NCBI GenBank assembly: GCA_964016885.1
Contig: OZ024748.1
Location: 56,048,001-56,112,000, forward strand
DNA from: Eledone cirrhosa
Taxonomy: Eukaryota
Length of the DNA: 64,000 nucleotides
Direction of reading: 5' to 3'
Positions 1 to 12,464 of this stretch are shown here, in pieces (position 1 is the first letter of the stretch; every line of letters starts with the position of its first letter). The notes under the pieces were generated by a model. The model ran no database searches. It had not been told where the DNA came from and saw nothing but the letters and a program-made list of their open reading frames with translations. A program made the translations under genes and the position numbers.

Positions 1-1459
1 TCTTCATGATATTTTCGCGATAAACACAGCCACAGACAGAGAAACTCACATACATATATATGTCTGTATATGTTTGTATATACACATATAGATATAAGCA
101 TCACCATGTTCATGGAGACACACACACACACACGCACACGCACATAAGCATATATATATATATATATGTGTGTGTCTGTGTGTGTGTGTTTGTGTGTGTT
201 GCTGTGTGAGTGTGTATGTAGACATATATGCGTTTATAAGTGTTTATACTTATATATACGTGTGTATAATTGGCAGGAATGCTGGAGTGCACAACATATA
301 TTTCTTGATTAAAGAATTCCAAGTTGAGTGGAAGTACATCTTATCAAATATATACCATACATTCTCCTTCTGAATGACGGAACATCTCAAGATAGTTTTT
401 GCGAAATGTTGTGGGGATAATGGAGGTATCGGTAAAAGTACATGAAAACGACAGCTCCAGATAGGACATGAGTGACGGCTGGACTATTTGAACTGACATA
501 TTCAGGTCAATAGAGATACATGCATCTTTTAAATTATCTTTCCTCTATCAGGAATCATTACAACGTTTGAAGTGAAAGTTGATGACAATATATTTCGTTA
601 TTTACTTAATTTATTGTCGTCTAACTCAGCGATTTAACGTGATTGGTCTTTAAGCTAGAGCTACCACATTTTCCCGGAGGATTAAATCTTGCTAGAGGGT
701 TCGATTCTCATCAGGCTATAGGTTGTTTTTTGTTTATTAATTCGCACGCCGTATCTTTGTTTCGTCTTAAAAATATTCAATATAGGAGATGACTGAGGAA
801 CCATTACAAAAACACTTGACATATAAAATATAATTGCAAAGCTCCCTAGAAACAGACACTTACAACTTGAAAAACAATCGAAATATAATGTGTGTCATGC
901 CATGATTGTATTGGCATGGTGGGAAGGAAATTGAGCATACCTATTCTATAAAGGATAGCCTTAGACTAAACCGTAACAACAGAAACATTTAGATTATAAT
1001 AGGCATTTCATGTCTAATGCCAGCCCTATATTTATTTTCACCATCTGCTAGAAACCCTATTCTAACCTTCCTTTACTTTTCAACTTGAAACTTGGACAAA
1101 TTCAAATGTTAATTCTGTTTATAGCTGGAACGTCCTTGAAAATGTTTCTGCTCAATTAACCTGGAGCTAACGAAGAATAACAATATGAATATCATAAACT
1201 TCCTAAGAGTAAAGACTACATATACACTCATCTTCCCCTTTATGACTTGCTAAATTAAGCAAGTATATTCTGGATTATAACAGAGGTTAGTTGCACTGTA
1301 TAAAAGAACAGATTCTCCTATCCCAAATAGATTATTCATAAATGGATAATAATGCTTTCCCCGCGTTTACATTGAAGGATGCTGTTAGTCATGTCAAGGA
1401 GATTAAGAGGAGAAATGGCCAAAGATTTTGAGACTGTCTGTCGGATTCTAATTATGTAC

Positions 1460-1710
1460 TTCGATGTCTAACATACTATTTGTTTTGATTTCAAGATCAC
1501 TGTATTTGACATATTTTCGACTTCTTTACAGGCAATATTTTGGTCAGAAAATAATGCGATATCAATCAGTTCCCATGTATTTTTAATCTAGTTCTTAATT
1601 ATTTTATCTGGGCTCTTTCTATTGATCCCCTTGTCAGTTTGGACAAGCATATCCCAAATGTATTTTGTCAGGTCGCTGTCATGTACCAATTTGAGTCGTT
1701 TTCATACCTC
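1460..1710 (-). pseudogene. Decayed C-terminal restriction-like endonuclease fragment of an R4/Dong-type non-LTR retrotransposon
   Basis: Minus-strand translation YIWDMLVQTDKGINRKSPDKIIKN*IKNTWELIDIALFSDQNIACKEVE..(frameshift)..KYSDLEI resembles the WD..TD....RPD..IDxxxP.D.N...KE.EK..KY.DL signature of RLE-type LINEs. It contains a stop and a frameshift. Confidence 0.65.
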
Positions 1711-1925
1711 TCCTTGTTTGTTGCCACCTCAAAGTGTTGGCTTCTTTCCCAGTAGGTAGAGCTGTCAATTGCTGCAGTTGTTATTGTTGTTAATCTTATT
1801 TTTCATTGCGTGCTGTCACTGCACTAACGAGCACACTTCGTGAGCTTTGATTATGTACAACATTTGTTTTGCTGTTGATGTTTCTATTGACTTGAGAGAA
1901 ACTACGTATTATATTTGTTGTGTCT

Positions 1926-2503
1926 ATTAGTGCTATCTTCTGCACCTTGCTTATATTTGTAAGTCTTGCGGTTTTTAGTGCTATTTTCTTTATCTTGCTT
2001 ATATTTGTAAGTCTTGGAGTTTTTAGTGCTATTTTCTGTATCTTGCTTATATTTGTAAGTCTTGGGGGTTTTAGTGCTATTTTCTGTATCTTGCTTATAT
2101 TTGTAAGTCTTGCGGTTTTTAGTGCTATTTTCTGTATCTTGCTTATATTTGTAAGTCTTGCGGTTTTTAGTGCTATTTTCTGTATCTTGCTTATATTTGT
2201 AAGTTTTGAGGTTTTTAGTGCTATTTTCTGTATCTTGCTTATATTTGAAAGTTTTGCGGTTTTTAGTGCTATTTTCTGTATCTTGCTTATATTTGTAAGT
2301 CTTGCGGTTTTTAGTGCTATTTTCTGTATCTTGCTTATATTTGTAAGTCTTGCGGTTTTTAGTGCTATTTTCTGTATCTTGCTTATATTTGTAAGTCTTG
2401 CGGTTTTTAGTGCTATTTTCTGTATCTTGCTTATATTTGTAAGTATTGCGGTTTTTAATGCTATTTTCTGTATCTTGCTTATATTTGTAAGTATTGCGGT
2501 TTT
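1926..2503. repeat. 48-bp minisatellite, ~12 copies
   Basis: Unit GTATCTTGCTTATATTTGTAAGTCTTGCGGTTTTTAGTGCTATTTTCT in tandem, with few substitutions. Confidence 0.95.
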
Positions 2504-2569
2504 GGTTATGATTCTGGAAGTTTATTTTATCATTCCCAGAGAAGATGTGTTTACCATCCATATTCGGAT

Positions 2570-3710
2570 TATTAGTTAAGGCTCTTTACGTTCTGAGTTC
2601 AAATCCCGCCGATGTTAACTTTGCCTTTCATCCTTAAGGGGTCTACAAAATAAAGTACTTGTAACGCCCTAGGATATTTGCTGGCCTTCTACCAAACGTG
2701 GAAACAATAATTATTATCAATGTTGTTGTGGTTGTTGTTGATGCTGATTCTATTTCTGTTGTTATTATTTTAATTATGAAGGCTCTAGATTAGCAGTATC
2801 AGTAAAGCATTAGTCAGCATGTTTCGCAGTATAAAGTTTCGGCACTTTACGTTCTACGTTCAAATCCCGCCGAGTTTAGTTTTGCCTTTCATCCTTACGG
2901 GGTCGATCCAATAAAGTACCAGTAACGCTCTGGAGTCGATTTCCCCCTCCTCCAAAATTGCTAGCCATGTCATTAAATCAGGAACGATAATTATGGTGGA
3001 TTGACAGTATCGGTAGAGCATTATACACCATGCTTTGCAGCATAGAGTTATGGCACTTTACCTCCCTGAGATCAAATTCCACCCAGGTTAAATTTGCCTT
3101 TCATCCTTACAGGGGGTGATAATATAAAGTACCAGTAATGAACTTGGGGATTTGCTGGCCTTGTTCCAAAAGTAGAAACAATTATTATGGGGATTATATT
3201 GCCTTTCTTCCTTACAGAGTCGATAAAATAAAGTACCAGTAACACGCCGGGGTCAATTTAATCGAATTATCCCTTCACCCGCAATTATTACTGGACAAGG
3301 CGGTGAATCGGCAGTATCGGTAGAGGGTTAGGCGCCGAGCTTTCTACCATAGTTACGTCCCTTTACGGTCTGAGTTCAAATCCCGCCGGGCTTAACTTTG
3401 CTTATCATCCTTACGGGATCGATAAAATAAAGTACCAGTAATGTACTGGATAATTTGCTGGCCTTCAGCCCAAAGTAGAAACAATTATTACTGGACTAGT
3501 GCCTCAATATGATTGTAAGAATATCGAATGAATTTCATAGTTGCATATCCTTACGATTCTCTACGTTCTGAGTTCAAATACCAACTAACTCTATTTAATG
3601 ATTCATCATTCTTGGTTCAATAAAATATAATACCAGTTAAATAATGGCTTCCATATAATCGACTTTATCCTACAACCCAAATGGTGACACTGTCCCAATG
3701 CTAGACATAA
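2570..3710 (+). mobile_element. Head-to-tail cluster of ~6 full or partial tRNA-derived SINE copies
   Basis: Repeated GGCAGTATCGG (A-box-like), GAGTTCAAATCCC (B-box) and GCCTTTCATCCTTACGGGGTCGATAAAATAAAGTACCAGT core, near ~2590, 2790, 3000, 3200, 3300 and 3560. Confidence 0.85.
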
Positions 3711-4179
3711 TTATTATTACCATGTTCGTGTCACCAAACATATGATATTTATATTTAGCTGTTCAAAATGCTACTGATAATTTTATTATACTATTCTGCA
3801 TGTCATATATTCTCTAATTATCTATAGTTATGTCTGATGAGTTTAAAACATCTTTTGTTATGAAACATTGCAAGGCTGTGTTGTCGCCAACATATTAATA
3901 TATGTTTACATGCACGTGCCTTTCTACCACACTCTCTCTCACCCCACACTTTCTCTGTATGTATGTATGATTGTGAGTATGTATATATATATATATATAA
4001 ATATAAATAAATGTATATATATATATATGTATATACATACATATGTATATACATATAAATATATGTATATATATATATATATGTATATACATACATATGT
4101 ATATACATATAAATATATATATATATATAAATATATATGTATATACATACATATGTATATATATATAAACCTATATAAG

Positions 4180-4259
<80 letters not shown>

Positions 4260-4278
4260 TATATATATACACACACAA

Positions 4279-4351
<73 letters not shown>

Positions 4352-4482
4352 GATAAATCTACCAAGAGTTTACGGTAGTGTCCAATCCGTATGAAGAACT
4401 CAATGTATTCCGGATATCATGGAAAGAAGAGATGTAATGAAAAACCACTTTCGGTGAAAGATAAACGGTATACAGAGTCAAG

Positions 4483-5516
4483 ATAAAATATTAAACAAAT
4501 AATGAATAAACAATTCCTTATATTAAACAAAAAAAGTTCATTATTTAACGATCGTTTCTAGGATATATATGTGTTAGAATTGGTATGCATATTCAACAGA
4601 TCTATGTACAAAATTATACAAAATTATACAAATTATCAAGATTAAATATACATACCAAACACATATATACGCCGTCTTCAGAAATAATGAAGTATATTTA
4701 TTGATAATAACAACAATTCAAAATTTCAGTTCAAAATTGACCAATGAAAACACAAAGGGTTAAATGCAGTTTGGTGTGTGTATATACATGTAAAACCCTT
4801 ACACATATTTTACAAAAATGTATGTATAATTTGTATACGCATACTAAAAGGATGGATGCAAATACAAAATTTCAAGGTTAATGTCTCTGTAAGCTTACAA
4901 TGCGCAGATAAGATGCGCATTGATACTTATGAAATCAAGTATATAAATATATTTTTTCATACTCACACATATCAGTACAATCACACATACACGCGCGTAT
5001 ATGCATAAATATACACATAACCACGAACATACAAACACACACACACCCCCACTCACATTTATATATGTGGATATAAAATCATAAGCACATGGATATTAAT
5101 TCACTCACATAAAACACTGGTACACACATTTTTAGATCAAGATACAGAAATTAGGTGGGAGGGGGGGAGGGGTCAGTATTCAATTGTCTGAGCAGACTGC
5201 CTAATATAAATGTATCTATAAATTAAGAAAAATAAAAAAATAAAAAAATAAAACAATAAAATATAATAAATATAATATAATATACATACACATACAGATA
5301 TATACACATACATACATGTACACACACATAGAAATATTTACGCATACACACATACACACATACATATACAGTCATACACACACATACACCTACACGAACA
5401 TACACATACACATATATAAAGATATATATATACACACACACGCACGCAACACATACACACATACACATATATATAAAAAATAAATAATAAAGATATATAC
5501 CCATATATATATATAT

Positions 5517-5557
<41 letters not shown>

Positions 5558-5946
5558 CATACACATACATCTAAATATACATACACATACACACACACAT
5601 ACATGTACATACATGTACATATACGCACATCGACATACATATATATATATATATATATACACACACATAGACATATAGATACATACACACACAACTTACA
5701 TACACACATATATATATACATGTATATTCATACATAGAATTAGATATATAATCATACATACATATGTACTTACTTATACTCATATATACAAATACACACG
5801 CATCCATATATGCGTATATACATAAAAAACCACTACAACCTCACATAAACTCAGACATACAAATAAAAATAATAATAAAAAGGCATATGTATATACATAC
5901 ACACACGCATTAATAGATATATATATATACACACACATACATACAC

Positions 5947-6007
<61 letters not shown>

Positions 6008-6403
6008 TACACTCATACATATATATAAATATATATATACACATAGATATCCACACACTTATACCACCATAAATACACATACAAACACCCACATATACAT
6101 ATATATACACACGTATATATATATATATATATATACACACAGACATAAAAAACAGACATGCACATATATATATATTTTTTTACAGTTATATATACACATA
6201 TTATATACACATACATAACCTCACTTATACACACATACACATAAGTTATATTATAATAATAAAGAATAATATATATATATATATATATATATAAACATAT
6301 ATATATATATATACATACATACATACATATACATACATACATATAAACATATACATACATAAATACACACATACGAATATAGACATATATTCACACATAG
6401 ACA

Positions 6404-6464
<61 letters not shown>

Positions 6465-6887
6465 ATATACACAGACACATATACACACTCACATATATAT
6501 ATGTGTGTGTGTGCACACACACATATATACACACACACACACAAATACACATAAACACATACATATGCATACATGCACACACACACACATATATCACATA
6601 GATACGAAGATAAACATATAAATAGAGAGACATACATATATATACAACACACATACACACACATACATACACACGCATATACATATACATATATATATAC
6701 ATATATATATTCCTATATATACATACATACACATATATACATATATATACACATACATACACATATAACGTACATACATTCACATACACATACATATATA
6801 ATGCATATATACACATATATACATACATATACACACTCATATATACACACGCAATCTTACATTCATATTTGCATGCGCATATATGTA
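4483..6887 (-). repeat. Left arm of ~2.4 kb inverted repeat (PLE 3' region)
   Basis: Reverse complement of 10072-12464. The mirror-image ORFs in the track (e.g. 4778..5008+ and 11939..12169-) are identical. Confidence 0.97.
4537..4691 (-). ncRNA. Type I hammerhead ribozyme motif, long stem II (left-arm copy)
   Basis: Reverse complement of 12256-12410: TTCATTATTT-CTGAAGA-[116 nt hairpin]-GAAA-CGATCG-TT-AAATAATGAA. Confidence 0.8.
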
Positions 6888-7345
6888 TTTTTATATTTAG
6901 ATATAAATACCCAAACCTATATAGACACCTACCTACATATATATTCATACATAGACGCTTACAAATACAGATGATAATAGTATGGGGGAAAGGGGGGGTT
7001 TGGAGAAGGGGATCAAAGTAAATATATGTTTCAAGAAACATAGAATATTTTCCGTATCTTTATCCAATGTATGTTCTTACATATTTTCAGTGTTAGGAAA
7101 TACAACCAAAGAAGAACTAAGGCAAAATCTATGCATCTCAAAATAAATAAGTATACCATTAATCATATGTTAACTAAACCAAAGATAGTCAACATATTGA
7201 CTTCTAAGGTGTAAATTAGTTAGGTTTATAATATTTGAAGCAGAATTTTGAAGTTAAACAGTAGTAGATTATTAATTACAGTATAACTAAATTAAAGTTA
7301 ATAACGTTATGGTATCAATATTAGGAAATGAATTTAGTAATAGGG

Positions 7346-7377
<32 letters not shown>

Positions 7378-7603
7378 CAAATAAAAATAAAATAAAGTAT
7401 TACATCGGTAGTAGAATATAAATTATATGTTAACTAAATTAAAAATTATATATTTATTTCAATAGTATATGTTAATTAGGTATACAATACATAAAGCAGA
7501 TATTGTATTTCATCAATAGCATAATATAATTATATGCAAATAGAAATCAAAATTAATACGCATACATATACATATACATACACATACATATATACATACA
7601 TAT

Positions 7604-7650
<47 letters not shown>

Positions 7651-8172
7651 TACATACATACACATATACATACACACACACACATACACATACACATATA
7701 CATATACATATCTTTTTCAAAAAATTGCATAGAATATATTAACTAGGTATATATCCAAAACACATCCCATTCTATGATTACATGACATTCTGCAATTCAT
7801 CTGTATAAGGATACTAATTTTAAGCAAATTAAAATTAAAATTTTAGGTTGATTAAAACTAAAACCAAATAATAAATATATTTCTAAAATGTATATTAATT
7901 AGGTCTATAATACTAAAAATTATTTCTCTGTCATTGGATACACGATATTATTTTGTTATATTTTATCTGTAAAAGAATTATAATAAAAGGTTTAAATAAG
8001 TTAAAATTAATCTATAAATTAAATTACTAAGTATATATTAGTAATATTTAAAGGTTTTTCACAATTTATGATTACATAATATTTTATATTCTCATCTGTA
8101 ATAAAATATTAATTAAATTAAATTTATAGGTTAACTAACATTTAAATTAAATTAATTTCTAAAATAATGTTA

Positions 8173-10071
8173 TTAATTAGGTTTATAATATTTAAATGTT
8201 TTTTTTAGTTTATGATTACACGATATAATTAATTCCTGTCGTTTATTTAATAAGATATCCTTAGACTTCATTATTTCAAATAGTTCTTGGGAACATAATC
8301 TACATTCATTTCTATTATTTTGATAAGGGGTGGCTCTTTTGAGTACACTCCAGGTCAAATCATATTTTATATTCTTATTTTTATAACTATTGATTTTTTC
8401 TGCTAGAGATGTTGTATTAGCCAGTGCGGCATTTTTAAAACTATGCTTGTGGGTATTAAACCTTGTCTTAAAATTGTTAGAGGTAGCTCCTATATATGAG
8501 CAAATAGAATCTTTAGTTTTAACATTACATTTATAGACTATGTTGTTAACAAGACAATTCCCTTTTAATGGGCAGTTTGCTTTGTTTCTACAGTTACATC
8601 CTTTCGTTAATTCTGTATTTGAGGAGATATTATGGTTAATTTGATGTACTGGTGGTATACTTATGGTTTTCTTACATTTATATGCATTATATGCACTTAT
8701 ATTTTGTTTTATGTTATTTGTTGTAGAGTATGAGAATTTAACTGTAGACCTATTTAAGATTTGATGGTATTTGTGGTTTGGCGGGAAGTTTTTCTCAAGG
8801 ATATAAAAAAATTTTTTAGCAATATTATCCTTAACTTGTAAATTAAAAGGAGCATTATACCAAGTAACCCGTCTATTACGGTTTCTATGTTGTTTATTAT
8901 TTTTATTATTTTTATAGGTTGTATCGTGATTTTTACTAGGAGGATTAATGTTAATGATCTCACCACAACTATTTTTAGTTATATTTGTAGATTTAGGTGT
9001 TTTATCCTTTTTATTAGGAGTTTTATTATTAATATTTATTATAGTTGTATGATGAGTAGTTTTTTGAGAGTTACTATACTTTATATTAGAAGATTTAGTA
9101 TTTTGGGGTATAGTGTGGGTGGCATTTAGGTGTGTACTTTTCATTTGGTGTTTGTTGGTAATATTATGTTGTATGCTTTCAGTATTTTTAGTAGAAGGTA
9201 TATACTCTAATCTATTTTTGTGGCCACTTCTATCTAGAGCTTCGTTATAGAAGGTCGCATTTTTATCAAATACATCTTGGTTAGAAGAAAGGTTAGAAAT
9301 TCTAAGTGATATATTATATGCAAGGTTTTTAAGGATAGATTTAGGGTGATTAGATTGTGAGTGTATGTAATGTAAGTTTTGGTTAGGTTTATGGTAAGGT
9401 TGGTAGATACCCGTAGCTAAATCTAAAGTTATATCTAGGAAATTTACTACTTTACTTGTTTTTTCAAAAGTAATATTAAGATTATAATAGTCTTTAAGGA
9501 AAGTTCTAATATGTTTTTTGTTTTTTTCGATTTCTGAAAGGCTAAGGTTGTTAGAAAGAAGAAGACAGTCATCACGATATAAACCACCTTTGAGGTGGGG
9601 AAAAGAGGCATTTATGTTGAAAAGGAGAAAGAGGCCCACAAGATCAGTAATTTGGGCGGAATCGCTTGAACCCATAGTAATATCAAAAAGATTACTGTAT
9701 GTGTTTCTGGTCCAGTATTCATTCTGAAATTCAATAAGTGTTAGTCTAGCATGTGTAATAATGTTAATGTCATCCAAAGTTAAGTTAGATCTATTTTTAG
9801 CAAATATCAATGCTTTGTTCAGGAGTATAGGTGATATAGAAGGATAGTAATTATCTATATCAAATTGTAGGAAAGAAGCAGAAGATTTACACCTAATATT
9901 TTTAAACCAGTTAATTACCTGGGAGGTGTTTTCCCAGAGTGGTAAAATAACGTGTTTTCTTATTTGTGGGATGACTCTATCTAAAATTTTTTTGCTAATT
10001 ATTCCAATATCTGATTTGGAGGGACATATAAGTCTAATAGAAGGATTTGAGTTAAAGTTAGATTTGTGATC
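8173..10071 (-). CDS. PLE reverse transcriptase + C-terminal GIY-YIG endonuclease (632 codons, N-terminally truncated)
   Basis: Motifs DHKSNF..P.IRLICPSKSDIG, FDIDNYYPSI, FDITMGSSD, GLYRDD, VNFLDITL, HSQSNHP thumb, CNCR..NCPLKGNC linker, IVYKC..YIGAT..FKTRFNTH, CRLC and LLNKRQE. The first 105 aa of the listed 737-aa ORF come from the inverted arm, not from the PLE coding region. Confidence 0.95.
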   Translation of the reverse strand, partial: DHKSNFNSNPSIRLICPSKSDIGIISKKILDRVIPQIRKHVILPLWENTSQVINWFKNIRCKSSASFLQFDIDNYYPSISPILLNKALIFAKNRSNLTLDDINIITHARLTLIEFQNEYWTRNTYSNLFDITMGSSDSAQITDLVGLFLLFNINASFPHLKGGLYRDDCLLLSNNLSLSEIEKNKKHIRTFLKDYYNLNITFEKTSKVVNFLDITLDLATGIYQPYHKPNQNLHYIHSQSNHPKSILKNLAYNISLRISNLSSNQDVFDKNATFYNEALDRSGHKNRLEYIPSTKNTESIQHNITNKHQMKSTHLNATHTIPQNTKSSNIKYSNSQKTTHHTTIININNKTPNKKDKTPKSTNITKNSCGEIININPPSKNHDTTYKNNKNNKQHRNRNRRVTWYNAPFNLQVKDNIAKKFFYILEKNFPPNHKYHQILNRSTVKFSYSTTNNIKQNISAYNAYKCKKTISIPPVHQINHNISSNTELTKGCNCRNKANCPLKGNCLVNNIVYKCNVKTKDSICSYIGATSNNFKTRFNTHKHSFKNAALANTTSLAEKINSYKNKNIKYDLTWSVLKRATPYQNNRNECRLCSQELFEIMKSKDILLNKRQELIISCNHKLKKTFKYYKPN

Positions 10072-10494
10072 TACATATATGCGCATGCAAATATGAAAGT
10101 AAGATTGCGTGTGTATATATGAGTGTGTATATGTATGTATATATGTGTATATATGCATTATATATGTATGTGTATGTGAATGTATGTACGTTATATGTGT
10201 ATGTATGTGTATATATATGTATATATGTGTATGTATGTATATATAGGAATATATATATGTATATATATATGTATATGTATATGCGTGTGTATGTATGTGT
10301 GTGTATGTGTGTTGTATATATATGTATGTCTCTCTATTTATATGTTTATCTTCGTATCTATGTGATATATGTGTGTGTGTGTGCATGTATGCATATGTAT
10401 GTGTTTATGTGTATTTGTGTGTGTGTGTGTATATATGTGTGTGTGCACACACACACATATATATATGTGAGTGTGTATATGTGTCTGTGTATAT

Positions 10495-10551
<57 letters not shown>

Positions 10552-10941
10552 TGTCTATGTGTGAATATATGTCTATATTCGTATGTGTGTATTTATGTAT
10601 GTATATGTTTATATGTATGTATGTATATGTATGTATGTATGTATATATATATATATATGTTTATATATATATATATATATTATTCTTTATTATTATAATA
10701 TAACTTATGTGTATGTGTGTATAAGTGAGGTTATGTATGTGTATATAATATGTGTATATATAACTGTAAAAAAATATATATATATGTGCATGTCTGTTTT
10801 TTATGTCTGTGTGTATATATATATATATATATATACGTGTGTATATATATGTATATGTGGGTGTTTGTATGTGTATTTATGGTGGTATAAGTGTGTGGAT
10901 ATCTATGTGTATATATATATTTATATATATGTATGAGTGTA

Positions 10942-10980
<39 letters not shown>

Positions 10981-11389
10981 ATATATATATATATATATAT
11001 GTGTATGTATGTGTGTGTATATATATATCTCTATTAATGCGTGTGTGTATGTATATACATATGCCTTTTTATTATTATTTTTATTTGTATGTCTGAGTTT
11101 ATGTGAGGTTGTAGTGGTTTTTTATGTATATACGCATATATGGATGCGTGTGTATTTGTATATATGAGTATAAGTAAGTACATATGTATGTATGATTATA
11201 TATCTAATTCTATGTATGAATATACATGTATATATATATGTGTGTATGTAAGTTGTGTGTGTATGTATCTATATGTCTATGTGTGTGTATATATATATAT
11301 ATATATATGTATGTCGATGTGCGTATATGTACATGTATGTACATGTATGTGTGTGTGTATGTGTATGTATATTTAGATGTATGTGTATG

Positions 11390-11430
<41 letters not shown>

Positions 11431-12464
11431 ATATATATATATATGGGTATATATCTTTATTATTTATTTTTTATATATATGTGTATGTGTGTATGTGTTG
11501 CGTGCGTGTGTGTGTATATATATATCTTTATATATGTGTATGTGTATGTTCGTGTAGGTGTATGTGTGTGTATGACTGTATATGTATGTGTGTATGTGTG
11601 TATGCGTAAATATTTCTATGTGTGTGTACATGTATGTATGTGTATATATCTGTATGTGTATGTATATTATATTATATTTATTATATTTTATTGTTTTATT
11701 TTTTTATTTTTTTATTTTTCTTAATTTATAGATACATTTATATTAGGCAGTCTGCTCAGACAATTGAATACTGACCCCTCCCCCCCTCCCACCTAATTTC
11801 TGTATCTTGATCTAAAAATGTGTGTACCAGTGTTTTATGTGAGTGAATTAATATCCATGTGCTTATGATTTTATATCCACATATATAAATGTGAGTGGGG
11901 GTGTGTGTGTGTTTGTATGTTCGTGGTTATGTGTATATTTATGCATATACGCGCGTGTATGTGTGATTGTACTGATATGTGTGAGTATGAAAAAATATAT
12001 TTATATACTTGATTTCATAAGTATCAATGCGCATCTTATCTGCGCATTGTAAGCTTACAGAGACATTAACCTTGAAATTTTGTATTTGCATCCATCCTTT
12101 TAGTATGCGTATACAAATTATACATACATTTTTGTAAAATATGTGTAAGGGTTTTACATGTATATACACACACCAAACTGCATTTAACCCTTTGTGTTTT
12201 CATTGGTCAATTTTGAACTGAAATTTTGAATTGTTGTTATTATCAATAAATATACTTCATTATTTCTGAAGACGGCGTATATATGTGTTTGGTATGTATA
12301 TTTAATCTTGATAATTTGTATAATTTTGTATAATTTTGTACATAGATCTGTTGAATATGCATACCAATTCTAACACATATATATCCTAGAAACGATCGTT
12401 AAATAATGAACTTTTTTTGTTTAATATAAGGAATTGTTTATTCATTATTTGTTTAATATTTTAT
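10072..12464 (+). repeat. Right arm of ~2.4 kb inverted repeat (inverted copy of PLE 3' region fused to the 5' truncation point)
   Basis: Starts immediately next to the DHK codons and ends in (TA)n. Differs from the left arm mainly in microsatellite lengths (net 12 bp) plus rare substitutions. Confidence 0.97.
12256..12410 (+). ncRNA. Type I hammerhead ribozyme motif, long stem II (right-arm copy)
   Basis: Perfect 10-bp stem I (12256-12265/12401-12410), CTGAAGA at 12266, GAAA at 12389 and palindromic stem III CGATCG. GUU triplet with predicted cleavage after 12400. Stem II pairs TATATATGTGTT/AACACATATATA and TGGTATGTATATTTAA/TTGAATATGCATACCA. Confidence 0.82.

Larger units (their letters stand above)
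4349..12464 (-). mobile_element. 5'-truncated Penelope-like retroelement with an inverted duplication of its 3' region (inverted pseudo-LTR), inserted in (TA)n
   Basis: RT+GIY-YIG frame 8173-10071, long 3' region to ~4349, inverted arms 4483-6887/10072-12464, an HHR in each arm and (TA)n tracts on both flanks. Confidence 0.9.

Noticed and set aside
1902-2579. Overlapping 219-aa ORFs on both strands
   Set aside because: Both are read-throughs of a 48-bp minisatellite with no unique coding flank.
4483-12464. DNA transposon (foldback/Polinton-like) with long TIRs
   Set aside because: The enclosed ORF is a PLE RT/GIY-YIG cut at the arm boundary, the arms contain HHRs, and no transposase or TSD is visible.
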